Below, piece by piece: positions 37,297-46,137 of a stretch of DNA of 64,000 bases. The position numbers were made by a program, and so were the translations under genes. How positions within the stretch are numbered: position 1 is the first letter of the stretch; each line of letters starts with the position of its first letter. This DNA comes from Acutalibacteraceae bacterium. Lineage in GTDB: Bacteria; Bacillota; Clostridia; Oscillospirales; Acutalibacteraceae. The notes below the pieces were generated by a model. That model ran no database searches and was not told the DNA's origin. It worked only from the letters and a program-made list of their open reading frames with translations. The stretch spans positions 65,558 to 129,557 of the forward strand of contig JAZUCC010000003.1 in the NCBI GenBank assembly GCA_045638965.1. The letters are read 5' to 3'.

Positions 37297-38013
37297 TTAT
37301 TGAGCTTTACGAAAGCTGACAAACCAGTAATAGGCAGGGATGGCGAGGAATACAAGCCAGGTCGGATGCCATATGTTAAGTAAAAGTCCGAAAAGTAGGA
37401 ACACTATTATCGCATAAAGATAAACAGGCTGCAGCAGAAGCATTTTCTTTTCTGTTTTCTGCATAAAGGAAATCGCGCACAGATAGTATGCAGGAATTGT
37501 GAGAAAAATAAGCCATGTGGGGTGCCACAGCTTTATTGAAAAGCCGATGGCAAGATAGCCGATTACAGCAATAAGGAAGAAGGGGAAGCGCAGCATTTTT
37601 CTGCCGAGTGCCGGCAGGTCTGCGGTTTCTCTTTTTATTATTTCCGCTATTTTTTCTGATGTGGCGGAATCGGTATTTCTGCTGACGGGTGCGTTTTTTT
37701 CTTCGCTGAAAAGTATTGCCTGTGCTTTGCTTTCAGCGGGGTATTCCTGTGCTTCCGCTTCACTCTCTTCTGCGGAAGATATCTGAATTGCGCAAAGAAG
37801 CTCATCGGCGGTTTTTTCACCTAAAAGGTCATCAAGTGAAACAGAATATATCTTTGAAAGTGAGAGCAGATTTTCCGTATCGGGTGAGGCTTCACCGCGT
37901 TCCCATTTTGAAATTGCCTGACGGCTGACACCTATTTTTTCGGCAAGAGCCTCCTGTGAAAGTCCGTTATGCTTGCGAAGAGCAGTTAATTTTTTTGCGG
38001 TAAAAAGGTCCAT
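37297..38013 (-). CDS. XRE-family helix-turn-helix regulator with a C-terminal four-helix membrane domain
   Basis: HTH LSQEALAEKIGVSRQAISKWERG, an acidic linker, and two copies of the TM motif WHPTWL[IV]FL[TA]IPAYY. Confidence 0.75.
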   Translation of the reverse strand: MDLFTAKKLTALRKHNGLSQEALAEKIGVSRQAISKWERGEASPDTENLLSLSKIYSVSLDDLLGEKTADELLCAIQISSAEESEAEAQEYPAESKAQAILFSEEKNAPVSRNTDSATSEKIAEIIKRETADLPALGRKMLRFPFFLIAVIGYLAIGFSIKLWHPTWLIFLTIPAYYLCAISFMQKTEKKMLLLQPVYLYAIIVFLLFGLLLNIWHPTWLVFLAIPAYYWFVSFRKAQ

Positions 38014-38212
38014 ATTTCTCCTCCGTGAATTGATTTTTGTACGGTTGCCGTCGGTTGCGGCATAAAATGTAAACTGAAGTATATATTGAAAAGCTGAAAT
38101 GTAAAGTGCAGTTGGTGTTTTTTTGTCTTCTCACGGGGTAAACTGATATTGTAACAGGCGCAGTGCCTGTGAGCACAATAATAACAGAATTACTTTAACA
38201 GGAGAATATGAA

Positions 38213-39145
38213 ATGAATCTTAAAAACACAGAACACTTCGGAATACAGAGAAAAATCGTAGCAAACATGACAAGCGAAAGCTGGAGAAGCATCCCGCATG
38301 TATCATATATCTATGAGGCGGATGTAACGGAGCTTTTCTCATACTACAGGGAAATGAATTCGGAATATAATACGAAGGTTACCTTCAATACACTTATTCT
38401 GAAAATCATAACCGAGGGACTTAAAGCCGCCCCTGAAATGAATTCCCATATCAATTTTAACAGAAGACTTGTCAGAGGTCAAATAAATACTTTTGAAAAC
38501 ATCAATATTTCTATGCCCACTATTCTGCCCGACGGAAAAATGATGACAATCAATTTAAGAAATTTTGAAAACCGCAATCTCGATGAAATGACGGCTTATA
38601 TTAATGATGTAACAAGAAGAGCGGAAAATACCGATCTTACCGAGGCACTTTTTTCCGTATCGCTCAATGATACTCTCAAGGCTCTTAAAAGGGGACATCT
38701 GCTGAAAACAATTTACCGGCTTGTAGGCTCAAAGACAGGCAAGCACAGGGTAAAGACCTTATCGGGAAAAGCAAAAAAGGAATATGAAGCCATTCCCGAA
38801 ACCGAGCGCCTTACCTACCGTGATCTGGAGCAGGGAACAGTTACCGTTTCAAATATCGGTTCAACCTGGCTCGGTCAGAAGGGTGCAATGTCACTTCTTG
38901 AAATTGTGCCTCCTCAGGTATGTGCATTCGGTGTGGGTGCCGTGCAGAAAAAACCTGCCGTGACAGCGGATAATAAAATTGAAATCAGACAGATTCTTCC
39001 CATCTGCATCGCCTTTGACCACCGTGCTCTCGACTTCGGTGAAATCACTCCCTTTATGAAAAGGCTTGAGGATATTTTTGAAAACCCCGAAATCATCTTC
39101 AGCTGGAGAAGCGAAAAGAGAAATCTCAAGCGCATCAGTGCATAA
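38213..39145 (+). CDS. 2-oxoacid dehydrogenase E2-type acyltransferase catalytic domain, stand-alone (no lipoyl or E3-binding domains)
   Basis: CAT-like fold signature, with PHVSYIYEADVTEL near the N-terminus and catalytic AFDHRALDFG near the C-terminus. Confidence 0.7.
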   Translation: MNLKNTEHFGIQRKIVANMTSESWRSIPHVSYIYEADVTELFSYYREMNSEYNTKVTFNTLILKIITEGLKAAPEMNSHINFNRRLVRGQINTFENINISMPTILPDGKMMTINLRNFENRNLDEMTAYINDVTRRAENTDLTEALFSVSLNDTLKALKRGHLLKTIYRLVGSKTGKHRVKTLSGKAKKEYEAIPETERLTYRDLEQGTVTVSNIGSTWLGQKGAMSLLEIVPPQVCAFGVGAVQKKPAVTADNKIEIRQILPICIAFDHRALDFGEITPFMKRLEDIFENPEIIFSWRSEKRNLKRISA

Positions 39146-39150
39146 AAAAT

Positions 39151-39188
39151 CAGGGTATCGCCTTTGTGACGATACCCTGTATTTTTTT
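39151..39188. terminator. Bidirectional terminator
   Basis: CAGGGTATCG-9 nt-CGATACCCTG with an A6 run before and a T7 run after. Confidence 0.8.
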
Positions 39189-40008
39189 AATTGAACCGTG
39201 TAGCATACTGACAGCGTGAGCATAAATCCTCTGTGCATCTGCCCTCGGAAAAGCCGTTATAAATTGCCCTTGCCCTTTCACAGCTCATTATTTCTTCAAG
39301 ACTGCTGCTGAAGAGATTTCCCAGCGGAATGCTCCCGTCTGCATCAAGACAGCAGGGAACAACCGTACCGTCCGACAGCACGCCTATCTGATCCCGCAGT
39401 CCCATACAGAAATGAACCTCCTGCTTATCGGCAGTCTTGTCGGGCCATATAAAGCGGTCGGCAAATTCAAGATAGATTTTCTCCGAAAGCCTGTAGCCCC
39501 TTCTGTTTTCGCTGAATGAGAAATGATTTTTCAGCATGGTGAGAATATTATCGTTGAGAAGATTTTCTCCGCCGCCGTTCCAAAGACGAAGCACACATAT
39601 TGTGCCGAGCTTTTCCGCCTTTTTGCAGAAAGCAATAATCGGCTCAATATATTCCCCGGCGGAAATGTCCGTTTCGTTTGCTTCATAGGAGTGCAGTGAA
39701 AATGTCACCTTGTAGGGCGGTGTGTCATAAAGCTCTTCTGCCCGCTTTTTAATAAGGAAACCGTTGGTTGCGACGGTTATCTTAAAGCCCTCTTCGGTTG
39801 CCATTTTAAGAAAATCCCCGAAATGCGGATGCAAAAGCGGCTCACCCATAAGATGAAAATAAAGATAGTCCGTGTGCGGCCGTATCTTCTTTATAAGAAC
39901 GGAAAATTCCCCGTCCGACAGAAATTTTTTCTCTCTTTTTGTCTTATGGCAGAAGCTGCAGTCAAGATTGCAGACATTGGTTATTTCAAGATAAGCTTTT
40001 CTTAACAT
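39187..40008 (-). CDS. Radical SAM protein with a C-terminal SPASM-type Cys cluster
   Basis: CNLDCSFCH (CxxxCxxC) at aa 13-21. C-terminal GTVVPCCLDADGSIPLGN...CTEDLCSRC. Confidence 0.8.
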   Translation of the reverse strand: MLRKAYLEITNVCNLDCSFCHKTKREKKFLSDGEFSVLIKKIRPHTDYLYFHLMGEPLLHPHFGDFLKMATEEGFKITVATNGFLIKKRAEELYDTPPYKVTFSLHSYEANETDISAGEYIEPIIAFCKKAEKLGTICVLRLWNGGGENLLNDNILTMLKNHFSFSENRRGYRLSEKIYLEFADRFIWPDKTADKQEVHFCMGLRDQIGVLSDGTVVPCCLDADGSIPLGNLFSSSLEEIMSCERARAIYNGFSEGRCTEDLCSRCQYATRFN

Positions 40009-40010
40009 TA

Positions 40011-40322
40011 TCAGTCAACAAAATTGAAATTGTCCTTGTTTTCTTCCATGAACTTTGCATAAACCTTGTCAACAAGCTCCTGGTCGTCAATTCCGAGATA
40101 TGTATCATATTCGCTGTCAAGCTCCTCAACAACCTCGAGAATGTGTACCTGTGAATCGTCGCTTTCGGGAAGAAGAGCTACATAGTCACTGCCCTCAAAT
40201 TCAACAAAGCCGAGAATTTCAAACTTTTCAACGTTGCCCTCTTCGTCAACGAATTCAAAAAATTCTACCTCTTCGGGTGCGGGAGTGTTGCTCTTATTGT
40301 TGTTTTTGTTGTTCTTGCTCAT
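40011..40322 (-). CDS. DUF1292 family acidic protein
   Basis: FEFVDEEGNVEKFEILGFVEFEGSDYVALLPE matches the DUF1292 core pattern. Confidence 0.7.
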   Translation of the reverse strand: MSKNNKNNNKSNTPAPEEVEFFEFVDEEGNVEKFEILGFVEFEGSDYVALLPESDDSQVHILEVVEELDSEYDTYLGIDDQELVDKVYAKFMEENKDNFNFVD

Positions 40323-40341
40323 AATAAAAAAATCCTTTCGG

Positions 40342-41850
40342 TTATTGATTTACTGTTATATAAAGATTCTGCAGACCTACTGCGGCACGAAGAATAAGTC
40401 TTGCATCGGCAGAGGTGATTTTATTGTCCCTGTCGGCATCTGCGGCAAAAAATGTCATTCCCGCGAGAGAAACAAGACCTACTGCGGCACGAAGCGCAGT
40501 TCTTGCATCACTCGCGTCGGGCTTGCCGCTGCCGTCAATGTCGCCCTTGCTGAAATAGGGTGAAATATTTATTGTGAATACCTCGGAGAATTCCTTGTGG
40601 ATAACTGTAATGTGCTGTGTGCCCTTTACTGCGGGATTCGGGGTGCTCATTCTGAAATCGGTGACATATTCGGATGTGCCGTCGGTATAAGCAAGCTTGA
40701 CCTTTATTCCCGAAAGGTCAATCACCTCACCGTAAAGGAAATTCAGGCGGAGGTCAGCGGGGTAAACAAGCACAATTTTTTCGGGGGATGCAATAGAATA
40801 TCGGAATTCTATTGTCACATAAAGTCCGCCGAAATATACCCTGACCTTGTTTCCCGGACCAATTATGAAGTCGGAGGGGGTGCACACCGCTTCGCAATTC
40901 TGATGATATACCTCTTCCTTTTCGCCGTTGTCGTAAACTGCTTCAAGCACAAGTCCGTCAATGGCGGGGATGTCGGTATTGTTGTAAACGGTGAGATTAT
41001 CGGGCTGCTTTTTCACTGAAATTGAAACAAGCCTTCTCGGAGTTACATTCACAGTGAAATCCGCATAAATGTCGGAATATTTATATGCTATCCTGAATGT
41101 GTGCTGACCCTTTGAAAGAGCAGTGCCGTGAGCCTCGTCATGGCATGAGGTGATTGTGAAATCGGCATCATTTTTTATCTGCTCATAGGTATATGATTTT
41201 TTTGTTGAATCCCTGAAGCTTAAGGTAACCGTAAGCCCCGATAAATCAAGAGCCTGATTTTCCATGTATGCCGCGGCGGGCATTTTTGTTATTGAGATGC
41301 TCTGCACGGGAAGCCTTGTTACCGTTACTGAAAATACGGCTGAATATGTGTTTACATTGTCGGGTGTATAGGTGATTTTGATTTCCTTTGTACCGGGTAC
41401 CTTCATTTCGGGTGCATAAACATTATAGCCCGTAAGTGTCGCTTCCCTGCCGTTTTTATCTGTGCTTACAACTGAAAGCCCCGTAAGGTCAAGCTCCTCG
41501 GTGCCGTCAACATAAGAAAGCTTTTTCGGAAGTGTCTTTATTTTTATTCCCGTGATATTCTTGTTTTCTGCAGGAGTGGAAACCACCTCAAGGGCACCCA
41601 TCTGCACCCAGCCTGTAATGCCGTCCTTTGCAAGATAGATTTTTCCGAAGGTGTCATTTCTTATTTCGGTTACATCAATAAATGTATCCTTTGTTATTTC
41701 AGCAAGCTTTTTTCCTGTAATACTGGGAGACGCATATACGCCTGTCACATCCTTTGTGACAATATATTTTCCCGTTTTCAGCGCAAGGCATAAGGGGGAA
41801 AAGGAAAGAAGCATTGCTGCAATCAGAAGAATGGAAAGAAATTTTTTCAT
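40342..41850 (-). CDS. Secreted SH3b + four Big_3-like Ig repeats + C-terminal dockerin protein
   Basis: Signal peptide and an SH3b-like domain (GVYASPSITGKKLAEI...GWVQMGALE). Repeated ...P.K..Y..G..LDLSGL.V... units. Dockerin duplicates DIDGSGKPDASDARTALRAAVGL / DADRDNKITSADARLILRAAVGL. Confidence 0.75.
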   Translation of the reverse strand: MKKFLSILLIAAMLLSFSPLCLALKTGKYIVTKDVTGVYASPSITGKKLAEITKDTFIDVTEIRNDTFGKIYLAKDGITGWVQMGALEVVSTPAENKNITGIKIKTLPKKLSYVDGTEELDLTGLSVVSTDKNGREATLTGYNVYAPEMKVPGTKEIKITYTPDNVNTYSAVFSVTVTRLPVQSISITKMPAAAYMENQALDLSGLTVTLSFRDSTKKSYTYEQIKNDADFTITSCHDEAHGTALSKGQHTFRIAYKYSDIYADFTVNVTPRRLVSISVKKQPDNLTVYNNTDIPAIDGLVLEAVYDNGEKEEVYHQNCEAVCTPSDFIIGPGNKVRVYFGGLYVTIEFRYSIASPEKIVLVYPADLRLNFLYGEVIDLSGIKVKLAYTDGTSEYVTDFRMSTPNPAVKGTQHITVIHKEFSEVFTINISPYFSKGDIDGSGKPDASDARTALRAAVGLVSLAGMTFFAADADRDNKITSADARLILRAAVGLQNLYITVNQ

Positions 41851-41871
41851 TTTCACCAATCCGTTAATTTT

Positions 41872-43092
41872 TTAGGGAAGAAGACCGTTTTCAAGAAGTA
41901 TGTCGTAAAGATTATCAAGCCCTACTGCAATGCGCAGGGTTGTTCTTGCGTTGTCCGAGGAAATTTTACCGTTGTTGAAGAAATCCACACGGCGCAGTCT
42001 TTCATAGTCAGGCTCTTCAATGCCTACAGCCGCACGAAGCACATAGCGGGCATCCGCGGCAGTTGTAGCTCCGTCGCCGTCGGGGTCGCCAAGCTTCTTA
42101 TCGGCTATATATTGCATACGCTCACGGTATTTTTCCTGTGCGGTTTCCTCGTCGGAAATCCACCTTGCATAGAAAAGCTTCACGCCTGTTTCCCAAGGGG
42201 CTATAGCAGTGATTTTTTCACCTGAAAAATCGGGAGTGGCATACCATCCGCCGAAGCTGTAGCCCACAACGGGAGACTTTATTGAAAGAAGCCTTGTTCC
42301 GGTGCCTACCTCATATTCGATGGGATTTTTTGTGTTGTCCGCTCTGCCGAAGGGGTAGGAGATATCGGTTGTAAGCACATAGTTTATCTCATAAACCATA
42401 GGAATGAAATGAGCCTTGAGAAGCATTTCCTTTGTTCCCGCGGGGACAGCGCTTATTCTTATATCGTTTTCAGCTGACCAGCCGTCAAAGGTATAGCCTT
42501 TTACAGACGGAGTGAAAAGGGGGAGACTGTTCTGTAAAGGCCCGGCAAATATGAGTCTTGCATCCGTGGGGATAACAGAGCCGTCGGCAGATATGTAAGC
42601 GGTAACAGTGTCGGAGGGCGCATATATATATACCTTTTGGGTACCCTCGGTGTAGCTGTTTTCCGAAGCAAGGCATATTCTCATGAACACGCGGGATGAA
42701 TTGCTTTTTTGTGCAAAAGCCGTAATTTCGTCACGGGTGATTGTGAATGAGCCTTCAGCAAGCTCCCTGATGCAGCTCCAGTTGAAGGAATCGCCGCTCA
42801 TTTCAAGAAAGAGCTTTGTTTTACAGGCAAGATAATACTCTGGAGAGGCAAGAAGTGCCTGCTGAGACTTATAGCTTTCAAGTGCCAGCTCATATACCAT
42901 TTCCCGCAGCTGCTCTGCATCGGCAAGGGAATGGGAAAATTCAACAAGGAAGGCGGACATGTCACTGTCAGCGGTAAGTGACAGTATTTCGGGCGGGGGA
43001 GTAAGCTTGTTCTGCGACTGGACCGCGTATGCGGGCATGATAAATGAAAATACAAGCACAAGACACAGCAACAAGGATAAAAGCCTTTTCAT
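41872..43092 (-). CDS. Secreted Listeria-Bacteroides repeat (Flg_new) protein with a C-terminal dockerin
   Basis: ATG at 43092 after GGAGGTG, and signal peptide MKRLLSLLLCLVLVFSFIMPAYA. Has GYTFDGWS and GYSFGGWY repeats. Dockerin DPDGDGATTAADARYVLRAAVGI / NNGKISSDNARTTLRIAVGL. Confidence 0.7.
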   Translation of the reverse strand: MKRLLSLLLCLVLVFSFIMPAYAVQSQNKLTPPPEILSLTADSDMSAFLVEFSHSLADAEQLREMVYELALESYKSQQALLASPEYYLACKTKLFLEMSGDSFNWSCIRELAEGSFTITRDEITAFAQKSNSSRVFMRICLASENSYTEGTQKVYIYAPSDTVTAYISADGSVIPTDARLIFAGPLQNSLPLFTPSVKGYTFDGWSAENDIRISAVPAGTKEMLLKAHFIPMVYEINYVLTTDISYPFGRADNTKNPIEYEVGTGTRLLSIKSPVVGYSFGGWYATPDFSGEKITAIAPWETGVKLFYARWISDEETAQEKYRERMQYIADKKLGDPDGDGATTAADARYVLRAAVGIEEPDYERLRRVDFFNNGKISSDNARTTLRIAVGLDNLYDILLENGLLP

Positions 43093-43257
43093 TTGTTCAC
43101 CTCCGCAATATACTAATGTAATTATATATATAAAAGCCATTTTCGTCAACAAAAAATATTTTCCTTGCTATCCACTTAATACCACGGCTTTTATGTTGAC
43201 AAAAAAACACTTTTATTGTATTTTGGAAATAAGAAAACTGCTGAAAGGAAAAGTAAT

Positions 43258-44163
43258 ATGAAAAAGTTTACTGCATTGCTTATTGCTTGTTCGCTTGTGC
43301 TTTCACTCGCATCCTGCATGAAGGTACATATAGTTCTTCCCGAGACAAATATCGGTGTAAACGGCACCGTTGAAAATACCACAAGAGCTCCCGAGCCTGT
43401 TGTGACACTCCCCGAAATCACAACCGCAGCAGTTGAGCAGACCACTGCCGCACCCGTTACCGAGCAGACCACTGCCGCACCCGTTATTGAGCAGCCCACC
43501 TCCTCTGCACAGAAAACTCCTCTTGAAATGTCAAAGCATGAGCTTCTTGATTGGTTCAATCTTAATCTTAACAATGTCAAGGAGGGCATGCCCGCCTTTG
43601 ACCGTGCAAAGCAGTCCACTGTTGCTGATATCGTTCTTTCAAATCAGCTTGCAAACGCCCTTGTCGGCTTTGTGAAGGGAATGCTTCTTTCCGAAGAGGT
43701 TGAAACCATGTCCGCAGCCAAGGGACAGTCCTGCGTTGAAATAATGACTCCCACAGGTGAAAGATATGTTTCACAGCTCGGTGCAGCCGACATAAAGGAT
43801 ATCTCCGTTGTGTCACAGGGTACAAGCTATGTTGTTACCGTTACAATGCCTGATGCGGTGAATCCCACAAAGGATGAAAGTGCATATGCTAAAATTTTCA
43901 ACTTCATCACCGTTGACGATGTTATGAATACCTATGCTCCTAAGGTAGGCGCTACCGTTGACAGAAATAATGTAAAGGTAACATATTCCGGCTGTACCGC
44001 AAAGGCAAAAATTTCTCCCGACGGAAAAATTGAGGAATACGGCACCTATGTCACCTGTGTTGTGTCCCTCAAGGAAGCCTCTATCAAAAAGGGTGTAACA
44101 ATCAGCACGGATGTTGAGTTTACTCTCGTATCAACAACCGATTTTACAAATTTCTCATATTAA
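43258..44163 (+). CDS. Lipoprotein paralog (same family as 9269-10243)
   Basis: Lipobox LSLASC, a TTAAP linker encoded by 27-bp tandem repeats (43435-43500), and the conserved C-domain, ending FTNFSY. Confidence 0.7.
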   Translation: MKKFTALLIACSLVLSLASCMKVHIVLPETNIGVNGTVENTTRAPEPVVTLPEITTAAVEQTTAAPVTEQTTAAPVIEQPTSSAQKTPLEMSKHELLDWFNLNLNNVKEGMPAFDRAKQSTVADIVLSNQLANALVGFVKGMLLSEEVETMSAAKGQSCVEIMTPTGERYVSQLGAADIKDISVVSQGTSYVVTVTMPDAVNPTKDESAYAKIFNFITVDDVMNTYAPKVGATVDRNNVKVTYSGCTAKAKISPDGKIEEYGTYVTCVVSLKEASIKKGVTISTDVEFTLVSTTDFTNFSY

Positions 44164-44218
44164 TTCACGAAAATTACAAAATTGTATTTTTTATGCAGAT
44201 TAATTTTGATAAAGTCAC

Positions 44219-44247
44219 TTGACAATTGTTGTCCGATGTTGTAAATT
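44219..44247 (+). promoter_or_regulatory. Sigma-A promoter candidate for 44331 lipoprotein gene
   Basis: TTGACA (44219-44224), 17-nt spacer, TAAATT (44242-44247). Confidence 0.45.
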
Positions 44248-44330
44248 ATGTATGTATTGCATACTGATTTACTATGTATGCAGAACATTATAACGGCTGA
44301 TGCCGTATCATTGAAAGGGGTACAAACCTA

Positions 44331-45296
44331 ATGAAGAAAAATGCTTTCAGAGTAATTGCACTTGCTCTTGTTGCAGCAATGCTTTTCGCATTCGCTTCCT
44401 GCACACAGGAAATTCACGTTCGTTTTGTTGACAAAGACGGTAACGATGTTGACATCAGCGGTCTTGTAGGCGGCGTTCAGAACGTTGGCGGCTCAACAAA
44501 TACTCCCGTTGTTGAAAACACAACAGCTGCTCCCGTACAGCAGACACCCTCACAGACAGAAGCTACAACAGCTGCTCCTTCAACAGAAGCTACAACAGCT
44601 GCTCCCTCAGGTGAAGCTACAACAGCTGCTCCCGCTCCCGCAGGCGCTCTTTCAGAAAACATGTCTTCTGCAGACGTAGTTGCTGCTTACAAGAAGGCTG
44701 TTGACGATGTAAGAGCAGGCGCTGCAGGCTACACAAAGAAGGAATGGCAGAATGTTGACGCAGTTAACATCGGTGGTTCCGCAGTTAACGCCGCTGTTAC
44801 ATCAGTTCTCGGCTCATTCATGACAGTTGAAGCTGACGCTTCAGAACAGGTTAACGCAAAGGGCTCAGAGGATGCTGCAAATAGAATCAATCCTTGGGTT
44901 CTTACAGACCTTTCAAAGGTTGCTTCCGCTACATGCGCAAAGGACGGCTCCAACTATAAGCTCACAATCATCATGAAGGATGAAGACACACCCAAGAAGG
45001 AAGGCTCAGTTCTCGGACAGGTTACAGGCGCACTTCTTTACTGGGAAGATATTGAAAAGACACTCACAGAGGATCCCACAGTTACAAAGATCCTTACAGA
45101 GTTCTCTGACATTCATGTTAACTACAAGGGCTACAAGATTGAAGCAGTTATGACTCCCGACGGAAAGCTCGTTTCTATCGACCACACAGCTGACGTTGAT
45201 ATTCTTATCGGTCACGCAAAGATCCTTGTATTCAATGTTGACAACAAGTCAGGTCACATGTGGAACTACTGTAAGTTCTACAACTTCACATATTAA
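44331..45296 (+). CDS. Lipoprotein paralog (same family as 9269-10243)
   Basis: Lipobox FAFASC, three 27-bp tandem repeats GAAGCTACAACAGCTGCTCC... (44559-44639) encoding EATTAAPS, and the conserved C-domain, ending FYNFTY. Confidence 0.7.
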   Translation: MKKNAFRVIALALVAAMLFAFASCTQEIHVRFVDKDGNDVDISGLVGGVQNVGGSTNTPVVENTTAAPVQQTPSQTEATTAAPSTEATTAAPSGEATTAAPAPAGALSENMSSADVVAAYKKAVDDVRAGAAGYTKKEWQNVDAVNIGGSAVNAAVTSVLGSFMTVEADASEQVNAKGSEDAANRINPWVLTDLSKVASATCAKDGSNYKLTIIMKDEDTPKKEGSVLGQVTGALLYWEDIEKTLTEDPTVTKILTEFSDIHVNYKGYKIEAVMTPDGKLVSIDHTADVDILIGHAKILVFNVDNKSGHMWNYCKFYNFTY

Positions 45297-45331
45297 GTTG
45301 TAGCTTACATAAGCCAATAACAAATAAATTG

Positions 45332-45358
45332 CGGTGCAGGTTTTCCTGCACCGTTTTT
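45332..45358 (+). terminator. Rho-independent terminator
   Basis: CGGTGCAGG-tttt-CCTGCACCG followed by T5. Confidence 0.8.
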
Positions 45359-45909
45359 CATTTTGTCTTAAAATTGAAATCTACGTTTGTGAAAAAGCAA
45401 TCTTTTTCCCATGTTACAGGATTACCGTCTATGTAATTCCATATGTTATCAAAATCTTTATCGTTTCGCACAACATGATCATAGTAAGAACGTTGAAAAA
45501 GCTTTTTGCCGCATTCTTTGTTTATGAGTCTTTTCAGGGATGATACATATTTGGGGATTATGGCATTTGGACCGATAGATTGATTATTGTTATTGTTTAC
45601 ATATATCAACAAGTGTATATGGTTGGGCATGATAACGTAATGTTCAACTTCAATATCGGGATTTTGCGTATTTGTTGAGGTTATATATTTTTGGGCAATT
45701 TCCCCGATTTCACTGAGGCTAATTTCTGCTGCGACAGGAACTGCTTTATTGGCAGATAATGTAGTATCTGTAATGACTTTCTTTGATATTTTGCCGAAGA
45801 TGCACTCTTTATCTTTAGTACACAATGTTAAAAAGTATGAGCTTTGCCAATTGTAATTATAACCTTTTAATCTTGTTGGTTTTCTGACGGGCTTTTCGGA
45901 ACTGTCCAT
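45358..45909 (-). CDS. IS200/IS605-type Y1 (HUH) transposase-like protein, REP-associated tyrosine transposase (RayT)-like
   Basis: HUH motif MPNHIHLLIY and the downstream FQRSYYDHVVRN (catalytic Tyr region). Local AT-rich composition. An inverted REP-like pair lies immediately upstream. Confidence 0.75.
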   Translation of the reverse strand: MDSSEKPVRKPTRLKGYNYNWQSSYFLTLCTKDKECIFGKISKKVITDTTLSANKAVPVAAEISLSEIGEIAQKYITSTNTQNPDIEVEHYVIMPNHIHLLIYVNNNNNQSIGPNAIIPKYVSSLKRLINKECGKKLFQRSYYDHVVRNDKDFDNIWNYIDGNPVTWEKDCFFTNVDFNFKTK

Positions 45910-45992
45910 TATTCATCACCTTTATTTTAATTGTAAGCTATTTTCGCTGATTATACAACCTGAAATTTCCGTTTATTGTAAATATACCGTCT

Positions 45993-46020
45993 GTAGGGGA
46001 CGGCATCCCTGACGTCCCGC
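45993..46020. repeat. REP-like imperfect palindrome, copy 1
   Basis: GTAGGGGACGGCATCCCTGACGTCCCGC, with an internal GGGACG...CGTCCC stem. Confidence 0.7.
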
Positions 46021-46109
46021 CGCAGATAATAAGAAAACAGATGTTTCGTTCCGTTGATGCACGTAATATGTTCCACGGAAACAATGATGAGATTTTTTAA
46101 TTTACCGAT

Positions 46110-46137
46110 GCGGGACGTATAGGAATCCGTCCCCTAC
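46110..46137. repeat. REP-like imperfect palindrome, copy 2 (inverted relative to copy 1)
   Basis: GCGGGACGTATAGGAATCCGTCCCCTAC. The reverse complement of copy 1 is GCGGGACGTCAGGGATGCCGTCCCCTAC. Confidence 0.7.

Noticed and set aside
39187-40322. The radical SAM/SPASM gene as the core of a RiPP cluster, with the DUF1292 protein or a hidden peptide as substrate.
   Set aside because: No short precursor-like ORF, protease or exporter lies nearby. The downstream side is a bidirectional terminator, and DUF1292 is a widespread housekeeping-context family. This is insufficient evidence.
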